Source of the DNA: Prochlorococcus sp. AG-355-B18
GTDB lineage: Bacteria > Cyanobacteriota > Cyanobacteriia > PCC-6307 > Cyanobiaceae
Assembly (NCBI GenBank): GCA_003280965.1
Contig: QCDI01000002.1
Location: 1-64,000 of the forward strand
Direction: 5' to 3'
DNA length: 64,000 nt
The position numbers were made by a program, and so were the translations under genes. Below the pieces are notes generated by a model, which was given only the letters and a program-made list of their open reading frames with translations, ran no database searches and was not told where the DNA came from. Of the stretch, positions 1-6,902 are shown piece by piece; positions within the stretch are counted from its first letter, which is position 1, and each line of letters opens with the position of its first letter.

Positions 1-42
1 CATAATGAACTTACTTATAGAGGCAAAGCTTATACAAGTTAG
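1..42 (+). CDS. 3' end of a small DUF4278-like protein (partial)
   Basis: Frame 1 reads HNELTYRGKAYTS*; the LTYRGxxY motif is typical of DUF4278 proteins; followed by a terminator. Confidence 0.6.
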   Translation, partial: HNELTYRGKAYTS

Positions 43-64
43 TTTTTTAACTACTTAAATATAC

Positions 65-88
65 AAAGCCACTTTTAGTGGCTTTTTT
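65..88 (+). terminator. Rho-independent terminator
   Basis: AAAGCCACT-TTT-AGTGGCTTT stem running into a T tract. Confidence 0.85.
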
Positions 89-177
89 AATGCCCAATCT
101 TAGCCTTAAAAAAAACTTAATACTTCTCAAAAGCATTAAAATAATATGATTCAATTGCATTTATAGATTTGATAACC

Positions 178-327
178 ATGGCAGACCAGAAACCTTTATT
201 TAAAGCACCTTATGACATAAAAGATGTCAGTGCTCTTTTCGCTATAGTTGCCTTCGTATTAATAATCGCTGCCATAGTTGGTAATAACTTATTTGGTTTA
301 TTTCAAGAAAATGTGAATTTCGGATAG
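178..327 (+). CDS. Small membrane protein, 49 aa (not in ORF track)
   Basis: MADQKPLFKAPYDIKDVSALFAIVAFVLIIAAIVGNNLFGLFQENVNFG*, one hydrophobic helix. Confidence 0.65.
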   Translation: MADQKPLFKAPYDIKDVSALFAIVAFVLIIAAIVGNNLFGLFQENVNFG

Positions 328-353
328 TGTTATTAGTAAGCGATTAATATTTA

Positions 354-611
354 TTAAACAAGCTCAATTGCATAAATAATATCCTTACAATTATTTTTTT
401 TGTCCCACTCTTTAGCTGCATCTGAAGTCATTTCAGCTTCAAGTGCTTCCATATCTAAGACGTTCATTAGTAAATGAGATTTATGCTCGCCAGCTTGTAC
501 GAACTCATATTCTGAAACTACTTCTTGACCCATTGCTGTTATAAATCCAGAAACGTCGGTTTTGAATTTTTCAAATGTGCAGCTAAAAGTTGAAATGATG
601 AGTGTGTTCAT
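354..611 (-). CDS. Small hypothetical protein (possibly DUF3764-like), paralog of 1112..1372
   Basis: 85-aa ORF sharing MNTLIxSTFxCxFE, HKSHL and KEWDKxNxxKDIxY with 1112..1372. Confidence 0.75.
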   Translation of the reverse strand: MNTLIISTFSCTFEKFKTDVSGFITAMGQEVVSEYEFVQAGEHKSHLLMNVLDMEALEAEMTSDAAKEWDKKNNCKDIIYAIELV

Positions 612-620
612 AAAAAAAGG

Positions 621-655
621 AGCTATTTGCTCCTTATTTTATATTGAATTTCAAT
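621..655 (-). repeat. Cassette-associated 35-bp repeat, copy A
   Basis: agctatttgctccttattttatattgaatttcaat, 29/35 identical to copies C/D; lies between the stop of 662..934 and the ATG of 354..611. Confidence 0.85.
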
Positions 656-661
656 TGCTAA

Positions 662-934
662 CTATGAGTAGACTTTGGCGACTATTGAACCAGCTTCTTC
701 ATCAGTAAATACGGGTGTGGTCTCCCAATTAAGGAATTCACCCCATTCAGCTGCATGCTGATATATCGCTTTTGGATCATCTGTCTTTAATACTATCCAC
801 CCTTCTAGAGATCCTGGCGCATGATATCTTCCAATCATCTCAACTCCAGGATAATCTCCTCCTCCTCCAAGAAATTTCTCCGCACCTTTTTGATGATATC
901 CAGTCTTAAATGACCAATGCTGAACGTAAAGCAT
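662..934 (-). CDS. DUF3303-family protein
   Basis: 90 aa; HWSF...GVEMIGRYHAPG...DDPKAIYQHAAEW...TPVFTDEEA matches the DUF3303 pattern. Confidence 0.8.
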   Translation of the reverse strand: MLYVQHWSFKTGYHQKGAEKFLGGGGDYPGVEMIGRYHAPGSLEGWIVLKTDDPKAIYQHAAEWGEFLNWETTPVFTDEEAGSIVAKVYS

Positions 935-1068
935 TTTGTATTTTGTATAGGCTTTCTATTAGTAGCAAGAAAAAAAATTTTTGAAAATAAATATTGTTAA
1001 TTGCCATTTTTTTATTTTCTTTTTCCAATTGTTTAAAACATAACTTAAATATTGAAGTGGGAAAATAT

Positions 1069-1103
1069 ATTGACAGTCGATATAAAATAAGGGGCAATTA
1101 GCT
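1069..1103 (+). repeat. Cassette-associated 35-bp repeat, copy B (inverted relative to A/C/D)
   Basis: attgacagtcgatataaaataaggggcaattagct, 34/35 to the reverse complement of copies C/D; 8 nt before the start of 1112..1372. Confidence 0.95.
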
Positions 1104-1111
1104 CATTTTTT

Positions 1112-1372
1112 TTGAACACATTAATAGTTTCAACTTTTGATTGTTCTTTTGAAGATTTCGATAAATTTGTAGCCGATTTCCATGAGAAAGAGGGACACAT
1201 ATTTGTCGAAGAATATGAACTCATCAAGGTAAATGATCATAAAAGTCACTTAATACTAAAAGTTAAAGATTTAGAAGGATTTGCTGCTGCTACTAGTACT
1301 CCAGAGATGAAAGAGTGGGATAAGGAAAATGGTTATAAAGACATTTGTTATTCACTAACTCCAGTTGAATAA
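1112..1372 (+). CDS. Small hypothetical protein, paralog of 354..611 (TTG start)
   Basis: 86-aa ORF with clear similarity to 354..611. Confidence 0.75.
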   Translation: MNTLIVSTFDCSFEDFDKFVADFHEKEGHIFVEEYELIKVNDHKSHLILKVKDLEGFAAATSTPEMKEWDKENGYKDICYSLTPVE

Positions 1373-1453
1373 ATGAAACGCTTACTACTCTCACTACTAG
1401 TTGCACTTACTATTCCTATTTCAGTTAAAGGCAATGAATGGATTGAAACTTAA
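1373..1453 (+). pseudogene. Signal-peptide stub MKRLLLSLLVALTIPISVKGNEWIET*
   Basis: ATG directly after the stop of 1112..1372; signal-peptide-like sequence without a mature domain; 22 bp identical to 2702-2723 (reverse complement). Confidence 0.55.
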
Positions 1454-1675
1454 TTTACATTCTTTTCTAGGTTTGCTTATATATGTTTCCATCAAAAATT
1501 TAGATAAAGTACCTATTTTTTCCTATTTATTTAAAGGTTATTCTTTTGAGCAAATAACAGAATTAATCCAATGATGAAACTTGCGATCATTTTCTTACCA
1601 GTTCTCTTTGCAATGTAGTGGCGTAGATATTTGCAGAGACTTTAAGAAAGTTTGCTAGTGGGTGAGATTTGCTAA

Positions 1676-2068
1676 TCATATCAATGGAGTTCCTGTAGAA
1701 GGATCTAATCCTCTGGTCATTCTGTATTCTCTTTTAGCTCTTTCTTCTAAGTTTCTTTGCTTTAATACTTCAGTTTTTTCAAGCATTGATTGAACCATTT
1801 GATCGTATTGATCTTGCTCTTTTGCCTTACGTTCCCAATAGCCAGTTGAGATTTTTAAGTAAGCTGCAAGCTCTCTATGATTACGTTCAATAATTGATTT
1901 TAAAGTTAATCCAAATTTAGTTGGATCTACTGAAGTGCCATATTTTCTTTCAGGTAATAGGCCAGCAGTACCTTCAAAAGACTTAATTAGCGTTTCAATT
2001 TCTCTAGCCTCATGTTCAACCTTTTGCTGGTCGTCAAAGGACTTAAATAAGCGTTCTTCTAAACTCAT
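1676..2068 (-). CDS. Hypothetical protein, charged and coiled-coil-like
   Basis: 130-aa ORF with protein-like composition; no family recognised. Confidence 0.7.
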   Translation of the reverse strand: MSLEERLFKSFDDQQKVEHEAREIETLIKSFEGTAGLLPERKYGTSVDPTKFGLTLKSIIERNHRELAAYLKISTGYWERKAKEQDQYDQMVQSMLEKTEVLKQRNLEERAKREYRMTRGLDPSTGTPLI

Positions 2069-2080
2069 AGATGTAATAAG

Positions 2081-2102
2081 AAAAGGGACTCAGGACAGTC
2101 CC
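2081..2102 (-). terminator. Terminator-like hairpin just upstream of 1676..2068
   Basis: Minus strand GGGACT-GTCCTG-AGTCCC-TTTT, ending 12 nt before the ATG. Confidence 0.55.
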
Positions 2103-2261
2103 AAAGAGGCGGATCAAAGGCTACTACTAAGACTCCACTCCTATTGTAATCACTGGGTTCTAGCCATGTTTTAAGTTAACTTTTATGTACTAATATCTAC
2201 AGGTAAACTAATTAAAATATGAAGCGATATAACTATTTGGTGCAGCTTTACCCCTCTTTTT

Positions 2262-2627
2262 TTATCTATTTCTTTCAACTATTCTAAAATTCATATCTAT
2301 AGCTCCTTTTCTTAAAGGAATAATATTTTGATAATCACCTTCATAGCAATCTTGTGCTGCCTTTTTGCTTGGGAATTGTGCGAGGACACTAAATGGTCCG
2401 TCATATCCTTCTCTTACATCTGTTTCATAATCAACTGTTAATGTCTTAGCACCGCAACCTTTAACAACGACATCATTTACTTTTGCAAAGTATTTACCTG
2501 CTTGTTCTGGATTTGTAATCTTGCCTGAAATCATTACATAACCTACATTTTTGTCTTTTGGAACTTTATAGCCAATTGCAAGCCCAGCTATGCCAGCAAT
2601 TAAACCAATTAAAATAGTTTTTTTCAT
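2262..2627 (-). CDS. DUF1330-domain protein with an N-terminal signal/anchor
   Basis: GYVMISGKITNPE...REG...VLAQFPSKKAAQDCYEGDYQNIIPLRKGA matches DUF1330; hydrophobic N-terminus. Confidence 0.8.
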   Translation of the reverse strand: MKKTILIGLIAGIAGLAIGYKVPKDKNVGYVMISGKITNPEQAGKYFAKVNDVVVKGCGAKTLTVDYETDVREGYDGPFSVLAQFPSKKAAQDCYEGDYQNIIPLRKGAIDMNFRIVERNR

Positions 2628-2662
2628 TTGAAATTTGATTTTCGTAAATAATATACGATTCT

Positions 2663-2690
2663 TTCTAAATTGGCTCTCAATTATTAACTA
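2663..2690 (-). repeat. Degenerate half copy (E) of the cassette repeat
   Basis: ttctaaattggctctcaattattaacta is 22/28 identical to 3537-3564; upstream of 2262..2627. Confidence 0.55.
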
Positions 2691-2718
2691 TTAGCGATGC
2701 AAGTAGTAAGCGTTTCAT
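2677..2718 (-). pseudogene. Signal-peptide stub MKRLLLASLIVNN*
   Basis: Starts 4 nt after the stop of 2723..3043 and terminates inside repeat copy E. Confidence 0.5.
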
Positions 2719-2722
2719 TTAT

Positions 2723-3043
2723 TTATATATTTTCTAATCTTTTTTGGCCTTCTTTTCTAGCCTTTTCGATTCCTTTTTTTGCAAGTATTGGCGTAGTCAC
2801 TAATCCAATTAATGTTCCAGAGCTTTCTAACTTTTTCTCATCATAATTTGGATTTATTATTGCAACAATAGCTCCATAGGTAAATCCAATCGCGATATTA
2901 CCCAAAAAAGCGAACAATAATGGTGTAATAGTTCTGCGGGTAATGGCATAATATATCCCTACAAAAGGTACTATATGAGCTATTGCATAACCCCATGCAA
3001 CATCTTTTTGCCTATTTTGAAATCCTTCTAATTTAGTTGTCAT
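2723..3043 (-). CDS. Small membrane protein, hypothetical
   Basis: 106 aa with 2-3 hydrophobic segments. Confidence 0.75.
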   Translation of the reverse strand: MTTKLEGFQNRQKDVAWGYAIAHIVPFVGIYYAITRRTITPLLFAFLGNIAIGFTYGAIVAIINPNYDEKKLESSGTLIGLVTTPILAKKGIEKARKEGQKRLENI

Positions 3044-3077
3044 AAGTATTTAATTGATTGCCAGAGTTTAACTAATT

Positions 3078-3112
3078 AGCTAATTGCCCCTTATTTTAGA
3101 TCGACTGTCAAT
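3078..3112 (-). repeat. Cassette-associated 35-bp repeat, copy C
   Basis: agctaattgccccttattttagatcgactgtcaat, identical to 3521-3555. Confidence 0.97.
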
Positions 3113-3185
3113 ATTATTCTTTAGGCCATTGATGAGGAACTAAACCACTTAGAGCAGATTTATTTCTTAGTTTATCTTTAAAAAA

Positions 3186-3506
3186 TCAATTAAATTTGAT
3201 TTTACAATTTTCAAATTCTTCAACAATATCATTAAACCCTTGAGCTAAAGCGTCTAAATCATAAGCATCTGCGGTTTCTGGATCCTCCATACTTTCTTCG
3301 AAATTAGAGGTAAAGATCTTTGCCTCAATGTTAGTTATCATCTCCGCATCTACTTGATCACAAAGCGTCCCACTTATTCCTGCTCCAAAACCATAGGAAA
3401 ACCAGAAGGTAGAGTCCAATTTTTCTGCTTTAGAGTCAAGAGGAGCAAAAAATATTATAGGAACTACTAGTAATCTACAAAATTTATCTAAAAATTTAAT
3501 GTTCAT
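3186..3506 (-). CDS. Secreted hypothetical protein
   Basis: 106 aa; signal peptide ending SKA-E; acidic mature part with two Cys. Confidence 0.75.
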   Translation of the reverse strand: MNIKFLDKFCRLLVVPIIFFAPLDSKAEKLDSTFWFSYGFGAGISGTLCDQVDAEMITNIEAKIFTSNFEESMEDPETADAYDLDALAQGFNDIVEEFENCKIKFN

Positions 3507-3520
3507 GGATTAAAACAAGG

Positions 3521-3555
3521 AGCTAATTGCCCCTTATTTTAGATCGACTGTCAAT
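3521..3555 (-). repeat. Cassette-associated 35-bp repeat, copy D
   Basis: Identical to 3078-3112; begins 6 nt after the recombinase stop codon. Confidence 0.97.
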
Positions 3556-3561
3556 TACTAA

Positions 3562-4752
3562 CTATTGTTGTTGCTTTTGTTGTTGGTCTAATAAATTTAA
3601 TGTCTGTAAAACATCTTGTTTGTCATATCCCTTTTGGTAAGTAGCTGTATGAACAGCCTCAGAGTGACCCATAAATTTTGAAGCTGATGCTGTATTGATA
3701 TTCATGTTTGCAGTTCGATAACCATAAGCGTGTCTTAGGTCATAAGCTTGAAAAGCTTGATTAGTTTTTTTAGCCAGCCATTTGGTATATCTTCTGTTAA
3801 ATGATTTTAAAAATGCAGAATCATAATCCTCAGTTTTATCAATACTAAATTCCTTATGTACATTCAAAATGTCTAATGACTTTGCCCACTCTTGTTTTAA
3901 TGCTGGTGTAATTCTCCACTCTGATGGCTCTTCACTCTTGGGTACTGTTAATACTTCAGCCATAATCTTTCCAGACTCTTCAAATGGTTTAATGCTCCAT
4001 ACTTCTGAGGTTCTTGTACCAAAAACTAATTGAGCAGCTAAAGCCCAACCCCATGTTGGATCTTCTCTCAATAATCGTGCATGGTATAGATATTCCTCGT
4101 CTTTTAGTCTTTTTCTGGATCTCTTCTTGGCGTCATCTTTATAGGCTTTTTGGGTAGCTGTGGACCATTCCTGTAATTTTTTCAAATTAGGAATTTCTGC
4201 AAACTTAGCCAGCCTTAAAAAATGTTTTGCAGTATCCGCTTTTTTCTTTGATCCAGTTGGAGCTTTATTAGCAAGTTCAACAATATTTTCATAATTTAGA
4301 ATTTTATGTTTTTCCATCTGTAAGAGATAATTTTCAATCTGTTTCCACCCAGCCATGTTTTGATTATTATTTCTGTCCTTATCTTCAGCACTCCAAAAGT
4401 CCTCTTCAAATCTTTTGATAATATCTCCAACTTTTCTACTTTGTTTATCTACTTCAATCTTTTCTTCTTCAGTTACTTGCCAATTCTTCCAATCAAATAA
4501 TCCAGACTTTTTCTCCAGACCTAATTTCTTAGCTAACCTTACAGCTTCCTTATGATTACCAATTTCTGCTTTTAAATTTATTGGAACCCATTGTTGGAGA
4601 TTCTGTTTAGATTTTGGATCTTTTGAAGGTAAAACAGCCCTAAGAGTAAAACCATCTCTCCTTATATATATAGTTACTCCTACTCTTTCCTTTTTAAGTA
4701 GGTCATTAGTAGCATCTAACTTTGCTTGTAATACAACTGTTGAATTAGCCAT
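3562..4752 (-). CDS. Tyrosine recombinase / site-specific integrase
   Basis: 396 aa; catalytic motifs GTRTSE (R), YDLRHAYG, FMGHS, HTATY (Y); extended N-terminal region; adjacent to a tRNA. Confidence 0.93.
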   Translation of the reverse strand: MANSTVVLQAKLDATNDLLKKERVGVTIYIRRDGFTLRAVLPSKDPKSKQNLQQWVPINLKAEIGNHKEAVRLAKKLGLEKKSGLFDWKNWQVTEEEKIEVDKQSRKVGDIIKRFEEDFWSAEDKDRNNNQNMAGWKQIENYLLQMEKHKILNYENIVELANKAPTGSKKKADTAKHFLRLAKFAEIPNLKKLQEWSTATQKAYKDDAKKRSRKRLKDEEYLYHARLLREDPTWGWALAAQLVFGTRTSEVWSIKPFEESGKIMAEVLTVPKSEEPSEWRITPALKQEWAKSLDILNVHKEFSIDKTEDYDSAFLKSFNRRYTKWLAKKTNQAFQAYDLRHAYGYRTANMNINTASASKFMGHSEAVHTATYQKGYDKQDVLQTLNLLDQQQKQQQ

Positions 4753-4769
4753 TTTTGTTCGGAAAATTA

Positions 4770-4793
4770 GCGTGGACTACCCTGCGTGGACTA
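4770..4793. repeat. Tandem 10-bp direct repeat GCGTGGACTA (putative integrase arm-type sites)
   Basis: GCGTGGACTA at 4770-4779 and 4784-4793, between the integrase ATG and the tRNA. Confidence 0.7.
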
Positions 4794-4961
4794 ATTCTAA
4801 CCAATATGTACAAATAGGTGCAAGTTAACCTATATTCTGTCAATCAAAAAATAGTTTCATTTCATAACCCCTAAGAACCCTAGTTATAACGTGAATTGCT
4901 TGACTATGACTGACTTCTTATGATATATATTAATGGTTCGGATACAACTGAATAACCCGTT

Positions 4962-5048
4962 GGAGGGGTGGTCGAGTGGTTTAAGGCTCTAGTCTTGAAA
5001 ACTAGCGTGTCTGCAAGGGCACCGTGGGTTCGAATCCCACCCCCTCCG
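4962..5048 (+). tRNA. tRNA-Ser (TGA)
   Basis: GGAGGGG...CCCCTCC-G acceptor stem, CTAGT-CT-TGA-AA-ACTAG anticodon arm, long variable arm, GGTTCGAATCC T-loop; no encoded CCA. Confidence 0.97.
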
Positions 5049-5132
5049 TTCTCAATAAAATAAATTTAAATTCAACCGAATAATACAAACGCCCTTTTGG
5101 GACCTCTTTGTTAAAATGTTTTTATTTGGATT

Positions 5133-5333
5133 ATGAATAAAGGATTCGCTAAAGATAATTTAATATCCAAAAAATCGAAAAAAAAAGTTATTTCTAATGA
5201 ACCTCAAGGAAGATTAATATCTTGGTCTCCTTGGCCACCAGCTAATTTTCAGACAAGATATCCTGCTTTCCCTTTTGTTCTTACAATTTTAATTATAGTA
5301 ATTGGTCAATGGTATCTTTCTCTACTTAGGTAA
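5133..5333 (+). CDS. Small hypothetical membrane protein
   Basis: 66 aa, C-terminal TM helix. Confidence 0.6.
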   Translation: MNKGFAKDNLISKKSKKKVISNEPQGRLISWSPWPPANFQTRYPAFPFVLTILIIVIGQWYLSLLR

Positions 5334-5386
5334 CCTAAAACTGGTTTTGTATTTAAATTTTGTTGAATTGAGTTAAGGTATTTATT

Positions 5387-5971
5387 TTGTTTTTTTCAAT
5401 CTTATTATTAGCTCATTTTCAAGCTGCATTAATACCAATATTATTAGGAATTAGATCTATCAATAAATTCAAACATATAAGCAAGAACAAATTGATACCT
5501 CTAGGTTTTATTTTTTTAGGATTAGCATCAATTTCTGAAATGATAGATCATACTAAAACATCATGGATTTACGTAGATCATTCCTCTTTGTTTAATTGGT
5601 TGTTTTATTCTTTCCTATCTTTAGGCCTGACATGTATATCGATATCAGTAATAAAAAATAGAGTTATTAAATCAACTAACTTTTGCATTTCCTTATGTTC
5701 AATAATCTCATATTTTTTATTTGATAAAAATATTTCTCTTCTTTTCCAAGTAATAATAAGCATCTTTTTAATAATAAATTGGCAAAAAGTTTTTAAAGAT
5801 TGGCTTTTTATCCTTTACCCAATATTTGGCATTTTTTTTACGACTTTCTTTGGAACAAAGCTCTCAATTAGTGGCGATCAATTTTGGCATGTTTTAATAG
5901 GCCCATCTGGAACTATTAGCGTACTTACCTTTTATCTAGTGTTAAAGAGATCAGAAGCAAAATTTAATTAA
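5387..5971 (+). CDS. Hypothetical integral membrane protein
   Basis: 194 aa, several TM segments with EMIDH and WH polar motifs. Confidence 0.75.
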   Translation: MFFSILLLAHFQAALIPILLGIRSINKFKHISKNKLIPLGFIFLGLASISEMIDHTKTSWIYVDHSSLFNWLFYSFLSLGLTCISISVIKNRVIKSTNFCISLCSIISYFLFDKNISLLFQVIISIFLIINWQKVFKDWLFILYPIFGIFFTTFFGTKLSISGDQFWHVLIGPSGTISVLTFYLVLKRSEAKFN

Positions 5972-5978
5972 GATTTTT

Positions 5979-6308
5979 ATGAAAATATTTTTATTTACAA
6001 GTTTTATAGTGTGCTTAGTCACAATAATCTCTCCAATTGAAATTTTTGCTGATACTGCACTTGAGGTTTATATGAATGATTTTTATTCTAAATCGAATGA
6101 AGCTAGCCAGATTCTTAAAGAAATCGAAAATAGTCTTAAAGAGGGATCAAGAAAAAAAGTATGCTCTAGGCAAAGAGAAGCCGCAAGATTGGGCATATTA
6201 GCCAATAAATCATTAATTAAAGCCTTTGAAATAGAAGGTGCTAATCCACCAATGCAAGCAATAAAAGCAAGCCAACAAAGATGGGAATCTATTCTGAATG
6301 AGTGCTGA
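5979..6308 (+). CDS. Secreted hypothetical protein
   Basis: 109 aa, signal peptide, two Cys in the mature part. Confidence 0.7.
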   Translation: MKIFLFTSFIVCLVTIISPIEIFADTALEVYMNDFYSKSNEASQILKEIENSLKEGSRKKVCSRQREAARLGILANKSLIKAFEIEGANPPMQAIKASQQRWESILNEC

Positions 6309-6334
6309 AGAAAGTCAGTAAATCTATAAATCTC

Positions 6335-6769
6335 TTAAATTTGCATTCTTACAGATTTACTAATTAAGGGGATTTCAGGTTCAACTCCATAAATACATTG
6401 AGAAATCGAATAAATAAAAATACAAAGTGTAAATATAAAAATAATTGAGCCTAATTCAACTATGGGAAATATTCTCAAGAGATATGAAATTATTATCAAG
6501 GAAATATTTATAAGTAATGCTTGGCATGCGTTATATCTAACGAAATAGGGGACTTTTGGATTTCTTGCTAATCCAGCAAACAAAATTATAAATAGTAAAA
6601 AACCACCAAAAGGCAAAGACTTTTCAAGTATTGCTATTGGGAAAGTTAATAATAATAGTATTTTTAAAAAAGAATATTTATAGAACAAATAATATCCAAA
6701 AGGTATTGATGCCTTTAAAGGCAAAGTATACAAAAATACTGATGAGAGTCTCTGGAATATCTGGTTCAA
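6335..6769 (-). CDS. Tic20/Ycf60 family protein
   Basis: RNPKVPYFVRYNACQALL and EIPLISKSVRMQI motifs. Confidence 0.85.
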   Translation of the reverse strand: MNQIFQRLSSVFLYTLPLKASIPFGYYLFYKYSFLKILLLLTFPIAILEKSLPFGGFLLFIILFAGLARNPKVPYFVRYNACQALLINISLIIISYLLRIFPIVELGSIIFIFTLCIFIYSISQCIYGVEPEIPLISKSVRMQI

Positions 6770-6902
6770 TATATTGTTAAAATTTTGTACTCATATTTTA
6801 ACCTAATTTTCTGAACTTAATAAAAGACTTAGCCTCTATAAGTATCAACTTTGGCAGATTTTTATTAAATATTAGATAATTGATTAAGGTTCAAAATTCA
6901 AA

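Larger units (their letters stand above)
1..4961. mobile_element. tRNA-Ser-anchored genomic island / tycheposon-like element edge (left boundary not seen)
   Basis: Integrase next to a tRNA, many short accessory ORFs and repeats; core-type genes resume after the tRNA. Confidence 0.7.

Noticed and set aside
1070..1088. TTGACA...TAAAAT in the repeat read as a canonical sigma70 -35/-10 promoter
   Set aside because: The spacer is only 7 nt rather than about 17; only the -10-like hexamer could act conventionally.
906..1227. ORFs 906..1097 and 1045..1227 (minus)
   Set aside because: They overlap better-supported genes and repeat copy B; likely shadow ORFs.
1454..1675. Short hydrophobic frames (MMKLAIIFLPVLFAM on +, MIASFIIGLILLFAQKNNL on -)
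   Set aside because: Too short to call; possibly decayed gene remnants, with no repeat copy attached.
1935..2174. ORF 1935..2174 (+)
   Set aside because: Antisense to 1676..2068 and spans the terminator-like leader; no recognisable protein features.
621..3555. 35-bp repeats read as a CRISPR array
   Set aside because: Spacing is hundreds of bp and contains whole genes, orientations are mixed, and no cas genes are present.
1..4961. Partial tRNA-Ser duplicate (second att site) inside the window
   Set aside because: None found by eye; the element's left boundary is probably outside the window.
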